From contig JBFMGU010000175.1 of assembly GCA_040752415.1 (NCBI GenBank), forward strand, positions 1 to 22,491: DNA of 22,491 nucleotides, given 5' to 3'. The notes below the pieces were generated by a model. It saw only the letters and a list, made by a program, of their open reading frames with translations, made no database searches and was not told the DNA's origin. The position numbers were made by a program, and so were the translations under genes. Numbering within the stretch: the first letter of the stretch is position 1; every line of letters begins with the position of its first letter. Source of the DNA: Myxococcota bacterium. GTDB lineage: Bacteria; Myxococcota; JACRCW01. Below are positions 8,504-17,100 of the stretch, piece by piece.

Positions 8504-8686
8504 GCGTTGGCGCGGCGGCCCAGCGATTGTGGCATCAACGTGTGAAACGATCCTCGACCTGGTCGCGAAGGGGCGTCGACGTCCTCGCGACCGGCGACCG
8601 TTGACGAGAGTGCCACGCACTCTGGCCAGGGCGGCGCGGGCCCGCCGCACTCCAGGTCGTGGTCAGCCGTCACGGACCGGACGGAC

Positions 8687-9847
8687 CTACGGCTTCCAGT
8701 TGCGCTGCGTCACCACGGCGTAGTTCATCTCGTTGTGGTCGGGCACGCGGGCCATGAGCTGCGTGACCAGCTGGATGGCGCTGGCGGGGTCCAGCTGCTG
8801 GGGCAACGCGGGGATGTGGCCCGCGCCGTCGACGGTGGTCTTGCCCGTCCCGTCATGGAAGACCACGGTGGCGTCCGCGTGGGCGTAGCCCATGCCGCCG
8901 GGAGGAACCTGCGTGACCGGGTCGCCGCGGAACACCTCGCGCACGTAGGGAATGCCCGCCAGCTGCCGGGACAACGACGCTGCCGCCGCCTCATCCCCCA
9001 CCTTGGGCTGACCGAAGGTGTGCAGCAACGCGGGCGTGGAACCCGGCGCCGCGGGCGGATGGTCCAACAGCCCCTCCTTCTTGGCGCGTGCCGCCGCCAA
9101 CACCGCCAGCGCTCCCCCCAGGGAATGCCCGCAGAACAACACGGGACGGTTGGGATCCGCCTGCCGCGCGGCGATGATCTGCAGGCGCATGGAGGGCCAC
9201 AGGCTGTCCAGCTGCGCGGTGAATCCGTCGTGGACCTTGCCCTGCGTGGCGTACTCCGGACGGGAACGGAGACAGGCACGCGCGTCCTTCACGAAGTCCA
9301 CGAGGTCCGCCGTCCCGGTGAAGGAGATCAGCGCCACGTCCGGGCGCACCGCGGTGAGGGCCTGCGCGCTGGTGTTGGGCACCTTGTGCGTCACCACGTC
9401 GGAGAATCCCTGCTGGCTGAGCGCGTGGTGCCCTGCCGCCGTGGGTGCGTACGCCAGGGCCGCGGCATTGGCCGCAATCACCGCGCGCGCGGTGGAATAC
9501 GCGCCGCCCAGCTCAAAGGGCACAGCCAGGTTGAAGGTGGGCGTGGTGGCGGCGGCGTTCTGATCCCGGATGGCTTCCTTGAGCCTTCGCACGAACGCCG
9601 CGGTGGCGGCCTGGTGTCCCCCAATCTGCCGCAACGCATCCAAGGCCACACGCGCCAGCTCCACGCGGTACGGACCGTTGATGCCAAAGGCCTTGGCGCG
9701 CTCGTACACGTCGCGCACCTGCTGCAGCCGCATGGCCGCGTCACCCGGCGAGGCGGCGGCGCGACGGATGCCGTCAAACAGCTCCGCCACCGTGGGCAGA
9801 TCCACGTTGCGCTGCGCGGTGATGGTGACGCCGTGGTCCACTCTCAT
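8687..9847 (-). CDS. Lipase class 3 family alpha/beta hydrolase with N-terminal extension, 386 aa
   Basis: ISFTGT, KVHDGF, nucleophile GHSLGG, TFGQPKVGD, DPVTQVPP and C-terminal DH give a plausible Ser-Asp-His triad. AGGAGG RBS. No signal peptide seen. Confidence 0.92.
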   Translation of the reverse strand: MRVDHGVTITAQRNVDLPTVAELFDGIRRAAASPGDAAMRLQQVRDVYERAKAFGINGPYRVELARVALDALRQIGGHQAATAAFVRRLKEAIRDQNAAATTPTFNLAVPFELGGAYSTARAVIAANAAALAYAPTAAGHHALSQQGFSDVVTHKVPNTSAQALTAVRPDVALISFTGTADLVDFVKDARACLRSRPEYATQGKVHDGFTAQLDSLWPSMRLQIIAARQADPNRPVLFCGHSLGGALAVLAAARAKKEGLLDHPPAAPGSTPALLHTFGQPKVGDEAAAASLSRQLAGIPYVREVFRGDPVTQVPPGGMGYAHADATVVFHDGTGKTTVDGAGHIPALPQQLDPASAIQLVTQLMARVPDHNEMNYAVVTQRNWKP

Positions 9848-10128
9848 GACTGCTTCCTCCTGGTGCGGAGCGACAGGACGTTCATGCCCGCGGCGGGCTG
9901 GCTGCGGGACTGCGCGAACGCCCGCAACCCCTCATCCGCGTGGCCGCGCTCCACGCCGTCAAACGCCCCGGAGCGTTCCAACGCCGCCACCACCTCCCGC
10001 ACCCCCTGGTCGCCCAGCGCGTCGACGACGGCGTGCAGCTTGAGGGGCGCGGGCCCGGCCAACGCGGACACCAGGTCACGGGCAATGGTCTCCGCAAAGG
10101 ACTCCACGGGATCGGTCTCGGCGCTCAC
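9844..10128 (-). CDS. Small hypothetical protein (~94 aa) coupled to the lipase gene
   Basis: Stop overlaps the lipase start (ATGA). GTG 10128 has GGAG upstream (alternative start 10179). Amphipathic helical composition. Confidence 0.65.
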   Translation of the reverse strand: MSAETDPVESFAETIARDLVSALAGPAPLKLHAVVDALGDQGVREVVAALERSGAFDGVERGHADEGLRAFAQSRSQPAAGMNVLSLRTRRKQS

Positions 10129-10197
10129 GGGTGCTCCGGCAGGATGGCTGCTTATACGACGGCCATCCCGCGTCGTCACCGCGCCGTGTGGGTGGGC

Positions 10198-11898
10198 TCA
10201 TCCCTCGTCGATGGTGGCGCGTACCGCGCGCAGCAGGCCGTCGGGGTCCACCGGCTTGGGGAGGAAGCGGATGCCGCGGCCGGTGCGGAACTCGGCGGGG
10301 AGCGCGTCGGGGGCGTGCCCGCTGGCGAAGAGGAAACGCGCCCGGGGCTGCAACGCGCGGATGCGCTCATAGGCCTGCGGACCGCCCATCACCGGCATCA
10401 CCGCGTCCAGGATGACGAGGTCAAACGGCTCCCGCTCCGCCGCCAGCACCGCCGCCGCGCCGTGCTCCACCGCCGTCACCTGGTAGCCCGCGCGGGAGAG
10501 CACGTCGGTGACAATGCGACGCAGGCTGCGATGGTCGTCGGCGAGCAGGATCTTCTCACTGCCGCCCTTCACCGGTCCCTCCAACGGGGGCGGCGCGGCG
10601 GTGGCCACGTTCTCCAGGACGGGCCAGTAGACCTTGAAGGTGGTGCCCACGCCCGGCTCGCTGTAGCAGTGGATCATCCCCCCGTGCTGCCGCACGATCC
10701 CGTCGACGACGGCGAGCCCCAGGCCGGACCCCTGCCCCGGCCCCTTGGTGGTGAAGAACGGCTCGAAGATGCGCTCCTGCACCTCGGGGGGCATGCCTTC
10801 ACCGGTGTCGCTCACCGTGAGCAGGACGTAGCGGCCCGCCTTGGCCCACGGGTGCGCGCGCACGTACTCCCCGTTGAGGCTGACCACCTCGGAATGCAGG
10901 GAGAGCTGGCCGCCGCGGGGCATGGCGTCGCGTGCGTTGAGGCCCAGGTTGAGGACCACCTGGTCCAGCTGGGTCTCGTCGGCCTCCACCCTCACGCTGC
11001 CGGTTCCCTCCCGCAGCAGCACCTCCACGCTGGCGGGGATCACCCGACGGAGGAAACCCACCACCGCGCGCAGCCGCGCGTCGACGTCCACCGGCTGGAG
11101 CCGGAGCTGTTGACGTCGTCCCAGGGCCAGCAGCTGGCTGGTGAGCTCACGCGCCTTCTCCGCGGCGTCCTCCAGCATGTCCAGGTAGCCGCGCTGTTCC
11201 ACGTCGAGCGGGGCCTGCTCCAGGAAGGCCGCGGTGGTGAGGATGATCATCAGCAGGTTGTTGAAGTCATGCGCCACGCCGCCGGCCAGCAGGCCAATCC
11301 CCTCCAGCTTCTGGCGCTGGGCCATCTTCCGCTCCAACTCGCGCTGCTGCGCCGCCACGCGCGCCCGCTCCTCGGTCAGGCGGATGCGGGCACCGGCCAG
11401 CGCCACGTGACCAGCCAGCGCGGTGAGGTGCTCCAGCTCGGCCTCGCTGGGGACGCGCACGCCCTCCTCGCCAAAGGTGCCGGTGCCCAGCGAGCCAAAG
11501 GGCTTGTCAATGAGACGCATGGGGATGTTGATGATGGTGCGGTTGCCCAGCGCGGAGACGATCTCACGGTTCACGCGCGGGTCGGTGAGGGCATCCTCGA
11601 CGAGGATCGGCCGGTCCCCGGCAATGAGCTCCTGCATCATCTGGTCGCCGGCCACCGGGATGATGGGCGCGTGCTCCCACACCGCACCCTTCTGGGGACC
11701 GCTCACCGCCAGGATGCGCGCCTCGGCCAGCGCCTCGGTCTCGAAGACCGCCAGCCACGCGTTGCGGTAGCCCAACGTCTCGCGGATCTCGTCGGCGGTG
11801 ATGCGCAGCAGCGCGTCAAAGTCCGTGGCGCCCTGGAGGCGACCGGCGAAAGCCAGCAGCCGGGCCATTCCCAGTCGTGGCGTGTTGGCTTCAACCAT
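10198..11898 (-). CDS. Hybrid sensor histidine kinase/response regulator (GAF-HisKA-HATPase-REC), 566 aa
   Basis: H-box GVAHDFNNLL, N-box NLGLNARDAM, DTGEGM, FEPFFTTK, GSGLGL. Receiver LLADD, ILDAVMP, FLPKP. N-terminal GAF-like region without TM helices. Confidence 0.95.
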   Translation of the reverse strand: MVEANTPRLGMARLLAFAGRLQGATDFDALLRITADEIRETLGYRNAWLAVFETEALAEARILAVSGPQKGAVWEHAPIIPVAGDQMMQELIAGDRPILVEDALTDPRVNREIVSALGNRTIINIPMRLIDKPFGSLGTGTFGEEGVRVPSEAELEHLTALAGHVALAGARIRLTEERARVAAQQRELERKMAQRQKLEGIGLLAGGVAHDFNNLLMIILTTAAFLEQAPLDVEQRGYLDMLEDAAEKARELTSQLLALGRRQQLRLQPVDVDARLRAVVGFLRRVIPASVEVLLREGTGSVRVEADETQLDQVVLNLGLNARDAMPRGGQLSLHSEVVSLNGEYVRAHPWAKAGRYVLLTVSDTGEGMPPEVQERIFEPFFTTKGPGQGSGLGLAVVDGIVRQHGGMIHCYSEPGVGTTFKVYWPVLENVATAAPPPLEGPVKGGSEKILLADDHRSLRRIVTDVLSRAGYQVTAVEHGAAAVLAAEREPFDLVILDAVMPVMGGPQAYERIRALQPRARFLFASGHAPDALPAEFRTGRGIRFLPKPVDPDGLLRAVRATIDEG

Positions 11899-12025
11899 CA
11901 CCCGCCCCCGTTCCCCGCGTTCAACCGCGTCAATCCTGGGGTCCACCGCACCGCGAAGTAAAGACGAACCGCATGCGAACGGGTGCGCGCTGTAGCGTTG
12001 AATCCCCAGTCCACACACATCACCC

Positions 12026-12040
12026 GCACTTCTCCTGCCA
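12026..12040 (-). promoter_or_regulatory. Candidate sigma-54 (-24/-12) promoter for the kinase
   Basis: Minus strand TGGCAGG-AGAA-GTGC has GG-N10-GC spacing and is close to the consensus TGGCACG-N4-TTGC, about 130 bp upstream of the kinase start. Confidence 0.4.
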
Positions 12041-12159
12041 CGGTACGGGAGCAGGCCGCAGCCGCCGACAAGAGGAGCGACACCAACGCGCGCGACCGGC
12101 GTCGGTGGGTCGTCGTGGGTCGCAGACAGGAATGGTCCGCGCCACGGGATGGGACCGAG

Positions 12160-13248
12160 TCAGCCCGCGGTTTCCGCCGCCGGCGGGCCGTACTGCCAGA
12201 TGCCCAGCAGGTGCTTGGAATCCAGCGTGAAGCTCCACGAGCTCCCCGGCGGGAAGGTGCCACACGCCATGGCCATGTTCGCCAGGTGGCCCGCCATCAG
12301 GCCCATGGTGAAGCGCGCGTTCACCTCGACAATCGGCCGCACCGACAACGCGCCGGTCAGCGGGTCCCGGTAGGTGAACGCGTCAATGCCCGCCACGCCG
12401 GCGTAGCCCTCGCGCTGCAGGCTGGCGCCCACCACACGCGCGCCGTGCTCCAGGTCGCGCAGCAACGTGGGCCACGCCGTGGCGCCCGCCGTCAGGGAGC
12501 GGTTGCCGGTGTAGCGGCCACTGGTGGTGTTCAGCATCTCCCCGTGCATCAGCACGCTGACCCCGCGCACCGCGTCGACGTGGATCTGGGTGCTGAAGTC
12601 CGCCTCCCGCTCCACCCAGGGCTCCCACAACATGGCCCCGTCCTCACGCAGGAGCGTGGCAAAGCGCTCCGTGTGCCGCGCGTCCATCCCCTCCGCGCCG
12701 CCGCCAATCCGCCCCCCGCCGGCAAAACCCAGCAGCGGCTTGAGCGTCCAGCGCGCTGCCAGCACCTCCGGGACCTGCTTCAAGTGGTCCTTGAGCTCCT
12801 GCTCGGAATGGATGAGCCTCACGTGGGAAAACGCGTCCCGGTCCAGCCCGGCCTCACGCGCCACCCGGCTGCTCCAGGCCTTGCTGTTCACCGCGGACAC
12901 CACGCCGGGGCTGGTCAGCGCGGCGCGCAGCTTGCGGTCGCGGGCCAGGGCGTGGGCGCGTTCATCCTGCGCGTAGGCCAACAGCTCCCGGGCCCCCAGG
13001 TTCCACGCCGCGGCGCTGCACCACGCGGGCTCATAGAAGCCCAGCTCCCGCGCCTGCGCGCGCAACCGCTCCGCGTCCAGCGGCACCAGCTCATGGCCGT
13101 GGCTGACCAGCACCTCGCTGTGGGGCGGGCCACACAGCGCGAAGAGACGGCTGGCGGCCTCCTGGCGACCCACGGCCACGTCGCCGGTGACGGCGCGACC
13201 GCCAAGGTGCGCTTCAAAGTCCAGGTTGGCCAGCTGGATGATGCCCAC
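12160..13248 (-). CDS. ATP-grasp fold protein (putative amide/peptide ligase), 362 aa
   Basis: WTLKP..GFAGGG, LWEPWV, GYAGVAGIDAF and EVNARFTMG (E-x-N-x-R) motifs. GGGGAGG RBS before GTG 13248. Confidence 0.85.
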   Translation of the reverse strand: MGIIQLANLDFEAHLGGRAVTGDVAVGRQEAASRLFALCGPPHSEVLVSHGHELVPLDAERLRAQARELGFYEPAWCSAAAWNLGARELLAYAQDERAHALARDRKLRAALTSPGVVSAVNSKAWSSRVAREAGLDRDAFSHVRLIHSEQELKDHLKQVPEVLAARWTLKPLLGFAGGGRIGGGAEGMDARHTERFATLLREDGAMLWEPWVEREADFSTQIHVDAVRGVSVLMHGEMLNTTSGRYTGNRSLTAGATAWPTLLRDLEHGARVVGASLQREGYAGVAGIDAFTYRDPLTGALSVRPIVEVNARFTMGLMAGHLANMAMACGTFPPGSSWSFTLDSKHLLGIWQYGPPAAETAG

Positions 13249-14058
13249 TCAGCCTCCCCGCCGAGGTGCGAACTGTTGCGGCGAGCGTGCTGTGCGTATG
13301 GCGTCGATGAACTCCTCGTCAAGTCCCGCCGCGCGGCGGCTCGACGCCACGAAATTCCTGCCCTTGGCGCGGTGCAATCCCAGCGGGAAGGGGGTGGCGC
13401 GCCGGTACGCCGCCAGGTCGCTCTCCGCGGGGTCCTTGAGGCGCCGCAGCCAGGTCAGCGCGAAGCGCACGTGGCCCACCTCCTCCTGGTGCACGCGCTG
13501 CATCACCGCGGCGTCGTCGGGGGCGTGGGCGCGCGTGAAGGCGTCCCGGTACAGCAGCGCAAAGTCCAGGTTCGCGCTCTCGAAGGTAAGCCCCACCGCG
13601 CACAGGAACGCCAGCGGGTCCTGCAGATCCCGGGTGCGCTCCCAGAAGTTGCCGCTCACCGGCAGGTCGCCCAGCGCCACGCCGTAGGCCTCCAGCCGCG
13701 CCAGGTACAGCCGCAGGTGCTCCTGCTCCTCCCCAATCAGCGCCACCAGCCCCCGCCGCAAGGGAGCCGGCGCGTCGCGGAAGCGCAGGATGGCCCACGC
13801 CATCATCTCGATGGCCTGCAGCTCATGGTTGGCAAAGCGGTGCAGGCACTCCGCGCGCGCCTCGGTGGAGACCAGGGCGGTCAGCCGCGGCAGCCGCTCC
13901 GGCAGGCGCACCATGGCCAGGCGCGGGGGACGGCCCGGCTCGTCGGGAAGGGGCCCGGGGGGCGCGGTGTCGTCGGAGAGGTCGGTGGGCGCGGGGGCCA
14001 GCTTGTCCGACATCGTGCAACCTTCGAGGAGATTTCGTGCCCACGCGGAGATGCTCAT
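13249..14058 (-). CDS. Ferritin-like diiron protein (DUF455-type), 269 aa
   Basis: LHRFANHELQAIE, EEQEH, LTFESANLD and EEVGHVRF give the E...ExxH...E...ExxH dimetal ligand pattern. Confidence 0.88.
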   Translation of the reverse strand: MSISAWARNLLEGCTMSDKLAPAPTDLSDDTAPPGPLPDEPGRPPRLAMVRLPERLPRLTALVSTEARAECLHRFANHELQAIEMMAWAILRFRDAPAPLRRGLVALIGEEQEHLRLYLARLEAYGVALGDLPVSGNFWERTRDLQDPLAFLCAVGLTFESANLDFALLYRDAFTRAHAPDDAAVMQRVHQEEVGHVRFALTWLRRLKDPAESDLAAYRRATPFPLGLHRAKGRNFVASSRRAAGLDEEFIDAIRTARSPQQFAPRRGG

Positions 14059-14179
14059 GGCATGCCTGCGGCCCCGGCGGGCCCACGCCGCGCACCATAG
14101 CGGAGCGCGTCCGGCGTCGCCTGCCCTTGCCTGGCACCGGGGCGTCAGGCAGCGTCAGCCCATTCCCCGGGGGGTTCTC

Positions 14180-17100
14180 ATGAGCGTCTTCATGCGTCGT
14201 CACGTGGTCCTGGTCACTGCGTCGGTTGCGTTGGGTCTTGCCGGATGCGGCGGCGGTTGCGGTCCGGGCAATGGCTCCAGCACCGACACCACCTCCGCCT
14301 CCACCAGCTCCAGCTCGTCGGGCGGGGAGTCCTCCAGCAGCACCAGCTCGTCGGGGGCCTCCGGAACGTCGACGTCGTCGTCGTCCGCCAGCAGCTCCGG
14401 CGCATCCGGCTCCTCCAGCGGCACGGCGTCGGGCTCGTCGTCGTCCGGGAGCACCTCGTCGTCGGCCAGCGGCGCCAGCTCGTCGGGCGCCTCCGGCTCC
14501 TCCAGCGGCAGCACCTCGGGCAGCACCTCGGGGAGCGGCGGCGTTCCCGACGGGGGAACCCCGGACGCGAGCCTGGTCAGCATCACCATCTCGCCCACCA
14601 GCACCACGCTGAATCCCGGCGGCGTGCAGGTCTTCGTGGCCACCGTGGCGGGCAGCACCGACACGAGCGTGACGTGGAGCGTGACGGAGCCCAACGGCGG
14701 CACCATCACCGACCAGGGCGTCTACACCGCGCCGGACACCGTGGACACGTTCCACGTCGTGGCCACCAGCAACGCGGACCCCAGCCGGAGCGCCACCGCC
14801 ACCGTCACCGTCACCGCCGTGCCGCAGGTGCAGGTCACCCTCTCCCCGTCCAGCGCCACGCTGAACCCCGGCCAGACGCAGCGCTTCGTGGCCACGGTGA
14901 CGCCCAGCGTGGACAACGCGGTGGACTGGAGCGTGGAGGAGCAGGACGGCGGCACCATCTCCGCCGACGGCGAGTACACCGCCGCAAGCACGCCCGGCAC
15001 CTACCACGTGCGTGCCACCGCGGTGGTGGACCCCACCCGGTACGCCCGCGCCACCATCACCGTCACCGACGTGCCCCAGGTCTCCGTCACCCTCGCGCCC
15101 ACCACGGTGGCGCTGAACCCCGGCGAGACGCAGACCTTCACCGCCACGGTGTCCGGCGCCGCCAACACCAGCGTCACCTGGAGTGTCGTCGAGGATCCGG
15201 GGGCCATCAGCGTGGACGGGGTGTTCACCGCGCCACAGATCACCGGCACCTACGTGGTGGTGGCCACCAGCGTGGAGGATCCCAGCAAGTCCGCGGTGGC
15301 CACCGCCGAGGTGCACTGGCCGCGCCTCTCCGGCACGGTGGACTACGCGGGCAGCGCCACGGGACGCATCTACATCGTCGTCAGCGAGCAGTTCGGCGGC
15401 GACCGCAACGTGGGCGGCACCAGCCTGGGCGCGCCGGGCGACTTCACGGTGCGGGGCATCTCGCGGACCGGCGGGTTCACGGTGCGCGCCTGGATGGATG
15501 CGCTGGGCACCGGGTCCTTCAACGCCGCCTACGACCCCGCCGGCACCGCCACCGTCTACCTGGGAAGTGACGACCTCACCGACGTGCAGATCACGCTGGT
15601 GGACCCCTCCGCGGTCACGCCGCCCGCCCCCGCGGTGGACGGCATCTTCCCCGGCGGCGATCACTTTGGCCTCATCTATGCCCCGGTGCGTGACAACAAC
15701 AACGGCAACGAGCTGGCGGACCACTACACGTTCTACTGCGACGCCAACCCCGACCCCGGCCCCGGGGCAGCGCTGGTGCGCACGGTGCGCGCGGGCGGTG
15801 ACTTCGTGGTGATGGGCCCGTGGACGGGAGGGGACTCCGTCTACTGCGCCGCCGCGGCGGTGAACCACGGGACGGAAGGCCCGCTCTCCGCGCCACTGGG
15901 GCCGGTGGACCTGAGCCCGCCCGTCGACGGCAACGCCATCTCCGGCGAGGTGAGTGTTGCAGCCGGCGTGACCGGTCCGCTCTACGTGATTGCCTACAGC
16001 GAGCAACTGGGCGCGCTCATCACGCGCGTGGCCAACCCACAGGCCACGCAGGCCTACACCATCGACGGGGTGGCCGACGGAGCCTGGTACATGATCGCCT
16101 TCGTGGACCGCGCGGACGACGGCCGCCTGGACGCCACCGATCCGGTGAGCTTCTTCGAAGAGCCGGTGTCCGTGGAGGTGGCGGGTGCAACGGCGCAGGC
16201 TCCCCTGCTGGTGCTGGAGGGCACCGACGCGCGCGCCCGCGCCCTGGTGCAGCGCTGGGTCGACGTGGATGGCTCCGAGGGCTACGGCCTCCGCCTGGAC
16301 GTGCTCTCCAACCTGCGCCTGCCCGCCACGGTGACGCTGCTCAGCAAGCCGGACCCTCGGGTGGACGTGCCGCTGGACATTGCGCTGGGCGACGACGGGT
16401 TCGGGCCGGCGCGCTTCAGCCCGGACACCATCGAGCTCGGGGCGGCACCGCAGGTGGGCCAGGGCTTCCTGCTGGACGTGCGCTTTGACGACGGAACCGG
16501 CGGGCTGACCACGGCTGCCATCACCGGTGTGCCTCCCGGCGTGCCCACGCCGCTGGCGCCCGTGGGGACGGGAACCACCACGCCCACCTTCAGCTGGACC
16601 GCGCCCGACCCCGCGCCCGCCAACTACACCTACTCGCTGTGGCTGCAGGAGGCGAACGGCCCCGACGTGTGGGAGCGTCGCAACCTCCCCAGCAGCCAGA
16701 CCTCCGTGGTCTACAATGACGACGGAAGCGCCCAGCAGCCCGAGCTGCGTTCCGGCACCACCTACCGCTGGTACCTCACCGTCACCGACGAGCTGGGCAA
16801 CCGCGCCACCCATGCCGCGGAGTTCAGCACGCCCATTGTCGTCGACGTGCTGCCCGCGCAGGTCACGCTCAACCCCGGCCAGCAGCAGCGCTTCGTGGCG
16901 GTGGTGGGCGGCAACAACCCGGCGGTGACGTGGACCATCACGGAGCCGGGCGACAGCGGCCTCATTTCCAACGACGGCACCTACACCGCGCCGACGACGC
17001 TGGGCACCTATCACGTGGTGGCCACCAGCGTGGCGGACCCCACCCGCTTTGACACCGCGGAGGTGACCGTCACCGACACGCCGCAGCCCCAGGTCATCAT

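Noticed and set aside
8735..14100. Plus-strand ORFs 8735-10372, 9940-11961 and 11983-14100
   Set aside because: Antisense shadows of the lipase, kinase, ATP-grasp and ferritin-like genes.
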